From: Candidatus Lindowbacteria bacterium RIFCSPLOWO2_12_FULL_62_27 | Lineage (GTDB): Bacteria > Lindowbacteria > 2-12-FULL-62-27 | Length of the DNA stretch: 64,000 bases | Reading direction: 5' to 3' | Assembly: GCA_001784175.1 (NCBI GenBank) | Contig: MFPR01000028.1 | Span: 37,955 to 101,954, forward strand | Part shown: one piece after another, positions 26,596 through 37,388 of the stretch | Layout: every line of letters starts with the position of its first letter | How positions within the stretch are numbered: position 1 is the stretch's first letter | The notes under the pieces: model-generated | The model's input: only the letters and a program-made list of their open reading frames with translations | What the model was told of the DNA's origin: nothing | The model's database searches: none | Translations under genes and position numbers: made by a program

Positions 26596-28413
26596 TCATA
26601 TTTCCAAAACACCACACAGCCGAAATCTCTCCCACGTCCCATCCAACTCTGCCATCCCCGGCACAAAAATCGCCAGGCCGTCCCGGCCGCGCGTGAGCAG
26701 GACCCGATACGCGTTCAGCCTCAACTGATGTGGATTCCTCACTACGCGCGCCCGGCCCAGATGCGACACCCAGCGGTCGCCCTCCCACCGCAAGTCCGGG
26801 CCCCAGCACAGTACCGGCAGATCGAGTTCGAGACCCTGACAGCCAAACTCGGTAATCGCCGTCTCAAACCGGCCGCCTGATTTCGGATGGCTTTCCGGCT
26901 CCTCGTACCATTGTCCGTAATAATAGAAATTCTGCGGCGCTGCGGAAATGCCGTACGGGGCCAATTTCCGGAACTTGGATGACGCAATTGCGCCGGTCCG
27001 CTTCTCGGCCACGCCGTCAAATCTGTCCCGGATGTAGGCTTTGACCGTTTCGAAATTCCGAGACATCCGAATCGGATAGCCGATCCGTGTCAGATCCACG
27101 GCGATGGCGCGCGCTTCATCCATCCTGCCGCCCAACATGAGCTCCGCCCATGCGGACAACTGGCCGGCCTTTCGACTGCGCAGGGAGGTCGTGAGATTAA
27201 AAAGCGGTTCGACATCGTACGGGATTCCGGCATCCGTGAACGCGCGTTCAAGATGTCGCGGACCGCTCACCGACCATCCCTTGGACCCTTGCACCGCGTC
27301 CACCCAATTTTGAATCCCGGATTCTTCGCCCGCATGAATTTCCTGCCCCTCGCCCATCAGCGCCACGACGACATGCCCGCCTTCAATCCGGTTTGCAAGA
27401 GAGAGCAACAGCGCCGGCTCCGAATCCACGAGATCGCCTCGATGCTTTTCAAATACCCGATCCCTGTCCCACGCCCGCTGGGCTTCGTCAAAAATCACAA
27501 CTTGTTCGCGCGGCGGCCGCTTCTGCCGGATCAGAATATCACGCAGATAATTTTTGAGAGATTGGACGAATGCCGCTGAATTCAAAACGTATTGCAGAAC
27601 GGAAACCAGAGGCCCGTTGCCGGAAAGGAGAACCGCCGGCGCGTTGAGGTTTCGGGAGTATGCGGTCTGCAGTCCAATCAAGGTCTTGCCCGAGCCCGGT
27701 ACGCCGGTGATCAGGATCAACCGGCGCTCCTTTCGATCGATCGCCGCGTTGGCCAAAAATTCCACCCGCTCAACCCGCGCCGGAATGTTCTCCGCCTCCG
27801 CCGCCCGAATGCGCGGCAAGGGCTTGCGCTCAAACAAAAGCCGCGCCGCCTCGACCAGCGCGGGCAGAGGTTCATATGAGGATTGCACCCAGCGCCCGGT
27901 ATCCGGCGACTGCTTTCGCGGATGCGCGGAAATTTCCTTGATGATCCGGACCAAATCTTTCGGCGCCGCGGTTCGAACTCCCTGTTCCTCAAATGGCGCG
28001 CCCTGAAATCCCACCGGAACCAGAACGGGAACGAGCCTCTTGTCCCGGCACCCCGCGTGATACTCCGACAAGTCCCGAACGTAGCCCAACACTTGATCGA
28101 AATCGGCCGCCTCCGGCGCGACGCGGTTTTTGAACTCGATCACGAGCACAATTCCATTATTCAAAAAAATGAGATCCGGCCGACGGCCTCCGCTCCGCGG
28201 CAACTCGTACTCCAACACCAGCCCGCAATCCGCCGCCTCGGGCAAACAAGCCCCAAGCCCGTCTCGAAGCGCCCGCAGAGAATCGCGCCACGCAAAAAGT
28301 TGCGGCGGCCCGGTCTCCCGCAGGTGGTGTGTCAGCGCGCCAAGGATCTCCGTCTCGGAAACCGCTAGAAAATCTCCAACAGTTCCGGACCACGCGCAGG
28401 GGGATGAGTTCAA
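26596..28413 (-). CDS. DUF2075 (Schlafen group 3-like) nuclease-helicase
   Basis: N-terminal PD...IEFK nuclease-like motif, GVPGSGKT, IFDEAQR, GCQGLELD, NAYRVLLTRGR. Confidence 0.85.
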   Translation of the reverse strand: MNSSPCAWSGTVGDFLAVSETEILGALTHHLRETGPPQLFAWRDSLRALRDGLGACLPEAADCGLVLEYELPRSGGRRPDLIFLNNGIVLVIEFKNRVAPEAADFDQVLGYVRDLSEYHAGCRDKRLVPVLVPVGFQGAPFEEQGVRTAAPKDLVRIIKEISAHPRKQSPDTGRWVQSSYEPLPALVEAARLLFERKPLPRIRAAEAENIPARVERVEFLANAAIDRKERRLILITGVPGSGKTLIGLQTAYSRNLNAPAVLLSGNGPLVSVLQYVLNSAAFVQSLKNYLRDILIRQKRPPREQVVIFDEAQRAWDRDRVFEKHRGDLVDSEPALLLSLANRIEGGHVVVALMGEGQEIHAGEESGIQNWVDAVQGSKGWSVSGPRHLERAFTDAGIPYDVEPLFNLTTSLRSRKAGQLSAWAELMLGGRMDEARAIAVDLTRIGYPIRMSRNFETVKAYIRDRFDGVAEKRTGAIASSKFRKLAPYGISAAPQNFYYYGQWYEEPESHPKSGGRFETAITEFGCQGLELDLPVLCWGPDLRWEGDRWVSHLGRARVVRNPHQLRLNAYRVLLTRGRDGLAIFVPGMAELDGTWERFRLCGVLEI

Positions 28414-28455
28414 TGGCGGGATACCTGCGCTTCTCGAGGAATCCTTGGATTCAAG

Positions 28456-28680
28456 CTATTTTGTCTTTCTGAAATCATCCTCGGCAATCCCCGCATCTTT
28501 GAGAAATTTTTTCAACAAAACAGGTCCGATGGATTCGGCATCATGGAATGCGAATAATATGATCCTGCCGTCCGGATGTTTCATCAACCGGTGACTGCCC
28601 TGACCATGGGCCGTGGAAAATCCCAATTTTGTCAAACACTTGAAAAGCCGGCTGGCTTTGACCTCACCGAGCCGGGCCAC
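28456..28680 (-). CDS. HicA family toxin
   Basis: LGF...GQGSHRLMKHPDGR...FH...IGPVLLKKFLKDAG. Confidence 0.88.
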   Translation of the reverse strand: MARLGEVKASRLFKCLTKLGFSTAHGQGSHRLMKHPDGRIILFAFHDAESIGPVLLKKFLKDAGIAEDDFRKTK

Positions 28681-28682
28681 AA

Positions 28683-28910
28683 CTAGGCGGCAAGCTGGAT
28701 CTCAACGGCAACAGGTTGAGGTTGTCTGGGAGGAGTTTTACCGATTTTTTTCAGAGAAGAAACATAAAATTTTAGCGCCTTCTTAATTCGTTTCAAAGCG
28801 GATTCGACGGTTCTACCGTATACGTGGCATCCGGGGACACCTGGGACACTCGCGATCACCCGTCCGTCCCTCTCTCTGTCAAAAACGACCATGTATCGAA
28901 TGCTCTTCAT
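28683..28910 (-). CDS. HicB family antitoxin (short, no DNA-binding domain)
   Basis: ASVPGVPGCHVYGRTVESALKRIKKAL. Confidence 0.88.
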   Translation of the reverse strand: MKSIRYMVVFDRERDGRVIASVPGVPGCHVYGRTVESALKRIKKALKFYVSSLKKIGKTPPRQPQPVAVEIQLAA

Positions 28911-29005
28911 ATTTGAAAACTACCGCACGGCGGTCATGGCGTCAAGTGCGGTTTCCGGTCAGATCGGAACCGGCATTTCTCACACTGCATGGCAATCATC
29001 GGCTG

Positions 29006-29941
29006 TTATCCGAGAAAGACGTGCTCATTATGCCACTCGAGCAGATTTTTGGCCGGACGCTCATCGGTTCTTGACGGCAGATGAATGGATTGGCCATGAA
29101 GATGATAATAGGTCTTTCCGTTGTCGAAATCGTCTTTGAGCCGGTGACCGACTTCGAACCGATAATCGGGCGTTACGGTCACGTAGCCCCTGTCAAACAG
29201 TTTGTGAATGTCCGAACGAAGAAGGATCCCGTTTGTCACGTCATGTTCCCCGGACTCCGAATACGGCCGGATGTGCGCCGCTTCGAGAACGGGGAGGGAA
29301 TGTTCCGTCGTGACCGCACAGGCGCGTCCATAACTCTCGGTCACGATGATTCGAAAAAGTCCCTGCCCCAGGCGCGGCCGAAAGTGCGCGATCTCGCCGT
29401 ATCGCGGTTTGTCGTCAGCTGGTTTGTCTCCGATTCGCATGCCGCGTACTCGGAGAAGGCACTCGTCCCAGATGCGCCGCCCCTCGGCATCATCCTTGAG
29501 ATCGTATGTTTTGCCCTGCACAATATTCGCATGCCAATCCGCCGGCGGATCAATCCAAGCGGATTCCTCGAAAAAAATCGGCTCGGCGATGAGCGTGCAA
29601 CCAATCGATCGGTCCGGGCGAATGCTGTGATCTTTCGTGTACCGGCGAATCAGCTCGCACAAGGCCGCACTATCCGCCGCGCCGTTGGATTCCCGAAAGG
29701 AATCCCATGCAAGCCAGACGGGTAATTTGGAATATCGGACAAAATATCCGAATCCGGCAATTTTGTAATGTGGACGTTTCAATTTAAAGAAAAAAGGCGA
29801 CAGCGGCGCGATGGGATGAAAATCCAACTGGGCCGAGGGTTTCCAGAAATTGACCTCCTGGACCTCCGGTGAATTCTTCGCGCGGGCACGCAGATACTGG
29901 AACCAGTCGTAATCCGTCAACGCCACGTATCCCGCGCTCAT
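29006..29941 (-). CDS. HNH endonuclease, putative restriction enzyme
   Basis: RLGQGLFR, CAVT, LEAAHIRPY, NGILLRSDIHKLFD. Start ATG 29941. Confidence 0.88.
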   Translation of the reverse strand: MSAGYVALTDYDWFQYLRARAKNSPEVQEVNFWKPSAQLDFHPIAPLSPFFFKLKRPHYKIAGFGYFVRYSKLPVWLAWDSFRESNGAADSAALCELIRRYTKDHSIRPDRSIGCTLIAEPIFFEESAWIDPPADWHANIVQGKTYDLKDDAEGRRIWDECLLRVRGMRIGDKPADDKPRYGEIAHFRPRLGQGLFRIIVTESYGRACAVTTEHSLPVLEAAHIRPYSESGEHDVTNGILLRSDIHKLFDRGYVTVTPDYRFEVGHRLKDDFDNGKTYYHLHGQSIHLPSRTDERPAKNLLEWHNEHVFLG

Positions 29942-30279
29942 GTGCCGGCCCTTTCCGGCAACGCGCTTCGGACGGCCTCGGAAAGCTGTTTGGACGACGG
30001 CAGTTTGCCCTTTAGATTGCCTGGGGGTATGGCTGCCACCAATTCTCTCACAACCTGTGAGAGAAAGTCCGGGGCCGTGTGGGTCAGATAGAACTGCTGC
30101 ATGCGCCAAAGATTCTGTGACGAAAATCCCCGGGTTTCTGGAAACGCCTTTCACAAATCTCGCGCCACCATCTCCACGACTGATTCACCGCCGACAACAT
30201 ACGAGCCTTCGAGGGCCGGAATCAGGTTCGAGTAAAATCGTTCAAAGACGTCTGCGATCTGCTCCATAGTCGGCCTCGA

Positions 30280-30999
30280 TTACAATTCGATCCTTTCCAA
30301 TTTTTCCTTGCGTTTCCGCCAGTCGGGCATGATCCTCGACAATAAATCATAAAACCGGATGGTGTGCCGGGGGACCTTCAGGTGACAACACTCGTGGATG
30401 ATCACATAGTCGATGCACTGCAAAGTGGTCTTGATCAATTCCGGATTTAGATAGATATGCCGCCCATTCGTACAGCTTCCCCACCGCCTCGGCATTTTCC
30501 GGATGGAGAGCGGCGAATCAGTGATGCCGTATTTTCGCGCGCGCTCGTGACAAACGGCCAGTCTCTCCGGAAACTTGGTTCCGGCGCGTTCGCGGTACCA
30601 GCGATCCAGCAGGAGGCGGGTCCGTGTTCTGTCTCCACTGTTTTTTGTAAAGACTTTCAAATATTTTCCGTCCAGTTTTACCCTCTCATCGGCGGCCTTC
30701 ACGATTTTCAGCCTGTACTGCCTGCCCAAATACCGGTGACTTTCGCCGCTGACATACTGTTTCGGCGGCATTTTGGGCAAAAACGTCCGGAAAAAATCCT
30801 GCTGGTGGACAACCCAGCGGGCTTTCGACCGGACAATTTCTCGGACTCTTCGAATATTCGCAACTCTCGGGGCAACCACTGTGACGGACAAATTCGGGTG
30901 CACGCTGATTTGCAGTGTTCGGCGGTCCCGGCGGACCAATTCATAGGGAATTTGCCTTCGGCCATATTCGATCACATGAACGGTGTCGGGTTTACCCAT
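30280..30999 (-). CDS. M48/YgjP (DUF45) metallopeptidase-like, type I RM-associated
   Basis: RRWGSC, YVIIHECCHL, HTIRFY. Confidence 0.9.
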   Translation of the reverse strand: MGKPDTVHVIEYGRRQIPYELVRRDRRTLQISVHPNLSVTVVAPRVANIRRVREIVRSKARWVVHQQDFFRTFLPKMPPKQYVSGESHRYLGRQYRLKIVKAADERVKLDGKYLKVFTKNSGDRTRTRLLLDRWYRERAGTKFPERLAVCHERARKYGITDSPLSIRKMPRRWGSCTNGRHIYLNPELIKTTLQCIDYVIIHECCHLKVPRHTIRFYDLLSRIMPDWRKRKEKLERIEL

Positions 31000-33900
31000 C
31001 CGCGTACCGCGCTCTGGCCACGTCCAGCGCCCGCTCCATGATCGAATCTATCGCGTCATAATCCAAGTCGAGTTTGTATTTTTCATTGGTTTCAACAAGG
31101 ACGTCCTCGATTTCGTTTCTCATTTTATTTTTAACGTCCTCGTTGTCCGGCCACGCGACGATTTTGTTGGCGCGTACAATCTCGTCAATCTTTATCCCGA
31201 GGTCCGCCGAGACATCCCTGGCGTTGAATCCGTCACCACCGCGCGATTCCAGGGCCTCATGGACAACACCATAGAAAGCCCGGGCCACGCCCTCGTTTCG
31301 GATCTTGGCGGGCAACTCATCGCCGGTTCGGTTGCGCACCGATTCCATGATCTCCTGCGCGCGGTTCAGATACTCCGCGTCCGAAACGCGTTTGTTCCGG
31401 TAGTCTCGGATCGTCTCCTCAAGCAGTTTTGAGAATTTCTTGTAAAATGCCGGATCTTCATCCATCTTTGCCGTGATGGTGCGCCTGGTCTGGCTGGCAA
31501 TCATGTCCGCCTTGGCGGCCTTCCCTACGATGCTTTCCACTTCGGCCTGAAACTTCTCCTTGTCAAAAATGTCCACCAGCGGCGTGATCTGAACGATCTC
31601 GTCCGATGTGACGTACGTATCCAGCAGTTTCTTGATCCGCGCTTCGTATTCCTTGAAATCGATCGACTCGGCATACCGCCGGCGGGCGGACGACCGGAGA
31701 TTCATAAAGAATTTCAAATCTGTTTTGTATTTCTTGATTTTCTCGGCCGGGGTGTCGGTCAGGAATCTGGCGGTCGAAAGGGCGATTTCCAGCGTTCGGG
31801 CGAACGTGGACAGGCGGTCATAATATCGGTGCCGGAGCGGTTCATCCGCCAAATGCCGCTCATACGCCTCTTCGTCGTATTTGTTTTTGATTCCATTGAA
31901 AATATCCCATAGGTCGGAATGTTTCTGTGGAAGCGTTTTGACCTCGTCCGTCACGTTACACAGAGCCATTTCAATTTCGTCCTGCTGAAACTCGGACAAC
32001 GCGCTGTATTTGGTCAACGCCTGATCCAGCTCTCCCAGAATACCGTAATAATCGACGATGTATCCGAAGTCCTTTCCTTCGTACAGGCGGTTGACGCGCG
32101 CGATGGCCTGAAGCAGCGAATGGTCCGTCATTTTCCGGGTCAGATAGAGAACGACATTCCGGGGCGCGTCAAAGCCGGTCAGGAGTTTGTCGACGACGAT
32201 GATGATTTCCGGCCGGTCTCCGTTTTTGAAAGCGTTGATGAGTTGATCCTGATAATCCTTTTCCGAACCGTATTTATCCATCATCTTTTTCCAGAATTTT
32301 TGGACTTCCGCTTTGGGTTCATCGTAGACGTCCTCATAGCCCTCGCGGGCATCCGGGCCGGAGATCAGCACCTCGGAACTGACAAGGCCGAATTCGTCCA
32401 GATATTCCTTGTATTTCAAAGCCGCCAGTTTGGACGGCGCCGCAAGCTGTGCTTTGAATCCCGTTCCCTGCCAGGTCTTGGCGAAGTGGGCGCTGATGTC
32501 GTATGCGACCTGTTTGATTTTCTGCTCGGTTCTGTTGAGTTGGTCCGCCGTGCTGAACTTTTTCTTGAGGTCTTTGGTCTGCTCGTCCGTCAGCCCCTCC
32601 GACACCCGCTGAAACCAGCGGTCGATGGATTCCCGCGCTACATCCTGTTCCGCCAGCCGGCCCTCGTAAAGCCGAGGCACGACCGATTTGTCCCGCACCG
32701 CCTGGTCGATCGTGTAGGTATCGATCAATCCGCCGAATTTCTGCGCCGTGTTTTTCTCTTTTTTCATGAGCGGAGTGCCGGTAAAGCCGATGTAGCACGC
32801 GTTGGGAAACACCTGCTGCATTTGCGCGTGGGAAATCCCGTACTGACTGCGGTGGCTTTCGTCGACCAGGATAAACACGTCGCCTGACTCATTCTTGACG
32901 GAGCGTTGTTTGACCGCCGCCTGAAATTTGTCGATGACGGTTGTGATGACGGCGTCTTTGGGCGTGGTGACCAGATCGATCAGATGCTGGCCGGTACGGG
33001 CTTTGACCGGATCTTTTCCGCACTGGTGAAACGTTCTATAAATCTGGTCGTCCAGATCGATGCGGTCGGTGACCAGCACAATGCGGGGATTGGATATGGA
33101 CGGCTCAAGCGCCAGCGCTTTGGCCAGCATCACCATGGTGAGAGATTTGCCGCTTCCCTGGGTGTGCCAGATCACCCCGCCCGTCCGGCGGCCTGTATCT
33201 CCGACCTTTGCGACGCGCTCGATTGTTTTTTTCACGGCAAAGTATTGCTGGTAACGCGCGACTTTTTTCTCGCCCGCGTCAAAGACGACGAATTGGTATG
33301 CCAGTTCCAAAAGCCTCCGCGGACGGCATAGGCAGTAAATGGCCTTGTCCTGTTCGGTCAGTTCGCGGCCGCCGGCCTGTTCCAGAGCGTCAAAATAGTC
33401 GCGCACGTAGGAAAAGCGGTCTGAAAAGAGGCGCTGTTTCTGGTCTCCACGGAGGGGCTTGTTCACCAGCCGGAGAAGTTCCGCTTCGTCCAACCCGGCT
33501 TCCCGCCAGACCGACCAGAATTTGGCGGCCGTTCCCGCCGTTGCGTATTTCGCTTCGTTTTTGGCGGCGGCCATCACAAGTTGGGAGTAAATAAAAAGTT
33601 TGGGAATTTCGCGGTCGCGCTGATTTCGAATCTGCTGGGATACAGCCTGTTCGAGCGCGTCTTTGATATCCGGGCGCTTGCACTCGATGACGCCGAACGG
33701 GATGCCGTTGACGAACAACACGATGTCCGGCCGGCGAGTCGCGTAACTGCCCGTGCGTTCAACTTCGAACTCCTCGCTGACGTGAAACACGTTGTTTTCC
33801 GGCCGTTTCCAGTCGATGAAATTCAGAGTGAAACTCTTGGTGTCGCCGTCGATGGTCTGTTCCAGGCTCTTGCCCATCGTCAGCAGGTCATAGATTTTCT

Positions 33901-34180
33901 CGTTCGTCCGCACGAGCCCGTCGAACGGCACATCCTTGAGCGTCTGAATAGCGGTCCGAATGTTCGGAATGGAAAACCGGTATTCTTTCCCTTTGAAAAA
34001 AATCCGGTTGATCTCGCGGAGCCGCTCCTCCAGGATGTCCTCCAAAATAACCCCGGACTTCTTGCCCCCCCGTTTGTCCAGCGCATCCGCGGGCGAAAGA
34101 TACGAATATCCAAGGTTCATCAAAAGCTGAAGCGCCGGAATCTGCGAGATGTGGTCTTCTTTAAACGAAGGCGTATCCAT
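30992..34180 (-). CDS. hsdR: Type I restriction endonuclease subunit R
   Basis: PDIVLFVNGIP..IECK, WHTQGSGKS, DESHR, GFTGTP, LLTGFD, QAIARVNR. Confidence 0.96.
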   Translation of the reverse strand: MDTPSFKEDHISQIPALQLLMNLGYSYLSPADALDKRGGKKSGVILEDILEERLREINRIFFKGKEYRFSIPNIRTAIQTLKDVPFDGLVRTNEKIYDLLTMGKSLEQTIDGDTKSFTLNFIDWKRPENNVFHVSEEFEVERTGSYATRRPDIVLFVNGIPFGVIECKRPDIKDALEQAVSQQIRNQRDREIPKLFIYSQLVMAAAKNEAKYATAGTAAKFWSVWREAGLDEAELLRLVNKPLRGDQKQRLFSDRFSYVRDYFDALEQAGGRELTEQDKAIYCLCRPRRLLELAYQFVVFDAGEKKVARYQQYFAVKKTIERVAKVGDTGRRTGGVIWHTQGSGKSLTMVMLAKALALEPSISNPRIVLVTDRIDLDDQIYRTFHQCGKDPVKARTGQHLIDLVTTPKDAVITTVIDKFQAAVKQRSVKNESGDVFILVDESHRSQYGISHAQMQQVFPNACYIGFTGTPLMKKEKNTAQKFGGLIDTYTIDQAVRDKSVVPRLYEGRLAEQDVARESIDRWFQRVSEGLTDEQTKDLKKKFSTADQLNRTEQKIKQVAYDISAHFAKTWQGTGFKAQLAAPSKLAALKYKEYLDEFGLVSSEVLISGPDAREGYEDVYDEPKAEVQKFWKKMMDKYGSEKDYQDQLINAFKNGDRPEIIIVVDKLLTGFDAPRNVVLYLTRKMTDHSLLQAIARVNRLYEGKDFGYIVDYYGILGELDQALTKYSALSEFQQDEIEMALCNVTDEVKTLPQKHSDLWDIFNGIKNKYDEEAYERHLADEPLRHRYYDRLSTFARTLEIALSTARFLTDTPAEKIKKYKTDLKFFMNLRSSARRRYAESIDFKEYEARIKKLLDTYVTSDEIVQITPLVDIFDKEKFQAEVESIVGKAAKADMIASQTRRTITAKMDEDPAFYKKFSKLLEETIRDYRNKRVSDAEYLNRAQEIMESVRNRTGDELPAKIRNEGVARAFYGVVHEALESRGGDGFNARDVSADLGIKIDEIVRANKIVAWPDNEDVKNKMRNEIEDVLVETNEKYKLDLDYDAIDSIMERALDVARARYADG

Positions 34181-34182
34181 CG

Positions 34183-35451
34183 TCAGACCTTCACCCGAAT
34201 TTGACCCCTCAGGAGTTTTTGCATCAGACCTTTTTTCTGGAGTCTGTAAATTTCCAAGCGACGCTCAAGAAGCCGAATTTCCAGCAGGGCACGATCAAGG
34301 AAGTCAGCACTTTTTCTTTGATAGGCGATATCCGGAACGGGAACTTTACATGAGAAGAAATATTTGTCGTTTATGTTTAAGAGACCATTTCCTCTGGCAC
34401 TGGAGCTGATTAGCGGGTGAAGCTGTCTATTCAGCGAGCCGACTTCGAAATAATGGCGAAAATATCTCGGCTCAACGTCTTTGTTCAACTTGAAGCAGGT
34501 ATAGACAAAAGGAATGAGCGCCCGGTTGGCCTCAAGCCTGAATATACACCCATAAGGATAAGTTTTGGAATTGCCCCTATTATATGCGAACTCTCCCTTT
34601 TTTAGAAGGATATATTTTTGGAGACTCTCCCCCGTCATATCTCGGCCATATTTCTCGCTCTGATCTATAAACCCACGCGTTGAAGAGATCATCATGGCAG
34701 ACACGTCTGATCCGTCGTTTCTCCGAGTGATCTCAGATGAAATCTCCGAGAGCCTATATTTTTTCGAATTACCTACATTTGGCTTTTGGAGCAGCTCTAT
34801 CCGATACCCATTAAAAGCAAGTCTTTTTTGTGAAAGTAAAGCAGCAGTCTTCTCGATGGCGTTGTCCCACGCGCTCAAAATCTCGGAGATTTTGTGTTGT
34901 TCAGGGAGAGTGGGGAGGGGAATCTGAAAATCCCGAAGATCGGTCAGTGAGATATTGGGTCTGGCAGCATCTACTTGCATATCCAGTATTCGCTTGACTG
35001 TTTCGGGTGCTTGGAAAAAAAATTCTACAAATGGTACGGAATGGCTGTCACGGACACGAAAAACCGCGACGGCTTGGTTTACATTAGCAGATCCCAAGTC
35101 CTGCTTCACTCGGCAGGATCGACCAATAGAGGCCCCAACAAGGTTAATGAGGATGTCTCCGCGGCGGAGTTGCGTGCGCTTGAGTTTCGTATGAAACGTA
35201 AGAGGAAGGAATTTAGGCACCGAAACGTCAAGGTAGCCATCGCGTACGTTTTCACTTGTGACGAAAAGCATTCCTGTCGCAACATAGTTGAAGCCCTGCC
35301 ACTTTGGTGAGGCGCCTTTGCCGATCAGACTCGTGATCTCCGAGCCTTTGACACATCCCCACCCCTCCGGAATCCACCCCACCTTGGTCTTCTTGTATCC
35401 GGGGCGGTTTTCGTTGGGCGACCGGCCGATCTCTCCTGCAGGGCGGGTCAT
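34183..35451 (-). CDS. hsdS: Type I RM specificity subunit S
   Basis: GYKKTKVGWIPEGW, PTLPEQHKISEILSAWD, KKGLMQKLL; two lower-GC TRDs. Start ATG 35451. Confidence 0.92.
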   Translation of the reverse strand: MTRPAGEIGRSPNENRPGYKKTKVGWIPEGWGCVKGSEITSLIGKGASPKWQGFNYVATGMLFVTSENVRDGYLDVSVPKFLPLTFHTKLKRTQLRRGDILINLVGASIGRSCRVKQDLGSANVNQAVAVFRVRDSHSVPFVEFFFQAPETVKRILDMQVDAARPNISLTDLRDFQIPLPTLPEQHKISEILSAWDNAIEKTAALLSQKRLAFNGYRIELLQKPNVGNSKKYRLSEISSEITRRNDGSDVSAMMISSTRGFIDQSEKYGRDMTGESLQKYILLKKGEFAYNRGNSKTYPYGCIFRLEANRALIPFVYTCFKLNKDVEPRYFRHYFEVGSLNRQLHPLISSSARGNGLLNINDKYFFSCKVPVPDIAYQRKSADFLDRALLEIRLLERRLEIYRLQKKGLMQKLLRGQIRVKV

Positions 35452-36050
35452 ATATCCATCCACGATTGTTGGGGCGACGGGCGGCCGGCGCGGGATGGGT
35501 GTTCGCGGTCGATATCCCATTTTGCCGAATTGTCGGCGATGTATTGGCGAATGCGGTTTAATTCACGTTCGTCGCGGATGACATGTTCATAATAATTTCG
35601 TTGCCAGACGCGTTTGCCGGGCGTGTTTCGTATCTGGTTAATCCGTTTCGTTGTGATGGATTTGAATTGACCGATGATCGCCCCGACCGATCCGGAAACG
35701 GGCCCGCATGGATTCACACCCGAACACGTAGGGGCGACCCGGCGGGTCGCCCCTACAATATCCGATGACGTTCCAATAGGATCCACGATGACAATAATCC
35801 CATGGAAATGATTCGGCATGCCGATCCATTCGTCCAATTCAACGGTCGGACGTATGACCGCCGTTTTGGTCCATTCCTCGGCAACAATGTTTCCATATTC
35901 ATTCAACTGTATTTCCGTGCCGACGACGTCTCCGAACAAACATTCCCGATCTTGGACACACAACGTCACAAAATATGCCCCCGCCGAGGAATAATCGTAT
36001 CCCTTGAGGCGTATCGACCGGCGGTGGTGCGCGATAGGACTATATTTCAT
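35448..36050 (-). mobile_element. REP-associated tyrosine (Y1/HUH) transposase, RAYT-like
   Basis: RRSIRLKGYDYS..GAYFVTLC, MPNHFHGI (HUH), WQRNYYEHVIR, YIADN. Confidence 0.88.
35728..35756. repeat. GTAG-type REP hairpin inside the RAYT coding sequence
   Basis: GTAGGGGCGACCC-GGC-GGGTCGCCCCTAC perfect 13-bp inverted repeat. Confidence 0.9.
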
Positions 36051-36087
36051 GATCCGTTGTCGACGTGTCGGCCCGCCGTCAGACTCC

Positions 36088-37034
36088 TCATTTCTTTTTC
36101 TCCTTCGACTCCAGCATCTTTCTGGTCTTTTCCAATTCCTTTTCGATCAATTTTTCGTTGGGCAGGACCGTTTTGTACTCAGCGGTGAGGACCTTGTTCG
36201 GCAGATTGTCCAGCGCATATTTGGCGACCGCCTCATTTTTCTGCGCGCACAGGATCAATCCGACCGGCTGGTTCTCGCCGGGCTGTGTCCAGTGTTCGCG
36301 GGCGTAATTCAGATACATGTGCATCTGGCCGGCGTCGGCGTGGGTGAATTTGCCGATTTTGAGGTCGATCACTACCAGACATTTCAGACGGCGATGAAAG
36401 AACATCAGATCCACGCGGTACCACTCATCGCCGATCCGAAGGCGTTTTTGCCGGCCGATGAACGCGAAATCGCCGCCCAGTTCCATCAGAAAATGCTCCA
36501 GGTGCCGGATCAATGCCTCTTCAAGGTCTGTTTCCGAATACTCGTCTTTGAGATTCAGAAATTCCAGAACATACGGGTCCTTGATTTCCTGTTCCGGCTC
36601 AATCCGGTCATCCGCCCGGGCTTTGGAACCTTTTTCCAACATGGCCGCTTTGTTTTTCGACAGCGCCGTCCGTTCATAAAACATGGAGTTGATCTGTCGA
36701 TCGAGCTGGCGCACTGACCATCCGCCCCTTAGGGCTTCCTCTTCATAAAACACACGCGCCGATGGATCTTTTACACTCATTAAACCGACATACGCCGACC
36801 AGGGCAGAGGGAATCGGATTGCCATCGCCTTGATATTGAATTCGGCAGACAGCGTCCGCCGTTTTTCGGGCACTTGAGATTTGGCAGACAGTGTCTGCCG
36901 AATTGGCCATGACAAGTAAAATTGCCTCATCTGCCGCACATTTCTTTCGGAGAACCCCCGCCCGAACCGGCCGGTTAGGTCGACGGCCAGCCGTTTCAAC
37001 AGTTCCTCGCCATATCCGGCCCTTCCCCTGCCGC
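36088..37034 (-). pseudogene. YhcG/DUF1016 PD-(D/E)XK protein, 5'-truncated
   Basis: (GRAGYGEEL)LKRLAVDLTGRFGRGFSERN, WSVRQLDRQI, KDPYVLEFL, GQMHMYL; the N-terminal part usual in the family is missing. Confidence 0.8.
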
Positions 37035-37388
37035 TCCGTATATTTCTTGCGACTGCCGTAGGCTTTTTCGACGGGATATTTCTTCTGATTCTTGGAAATC
37101 TTTTTATCGGCGGCGCGGACGGGGTCGATACCGAGTTTGTCGGCGAGGTTGATGAGGTAGACCATGATGTCGCCGATTTCCTCTTCGATCTGGCGGAGTT
37201 TCTCCGGCGGGAGGGTGCGGCTCTCCTCGGGCGTCAGCCACTGGAAATGCTCCATGAGTTCGGCGGCCTCGACCGAGAGGGCCATGGCGAGATTTTTCGG
37301 GGAATGAAACTGCTCCCAGTTGCGGGCCTTGTTGAAGCGACAAATTTTTTGGCGGATCAGGTTCAGCTTGCGGTCTGCGGTGGTCATG
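37035..37388 (-). CDS. MazG-like nucleotide pyrophosphohydrolase; stop lost, reads on to 36743
   Basis: RNWEQFHSPKNLAMALSVEAAELMEHFQW, EEIGDI, KYPVEKAYGSRKKYTE, then an out-of-frame YhcG-derived tail. Confidence 0.82.
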
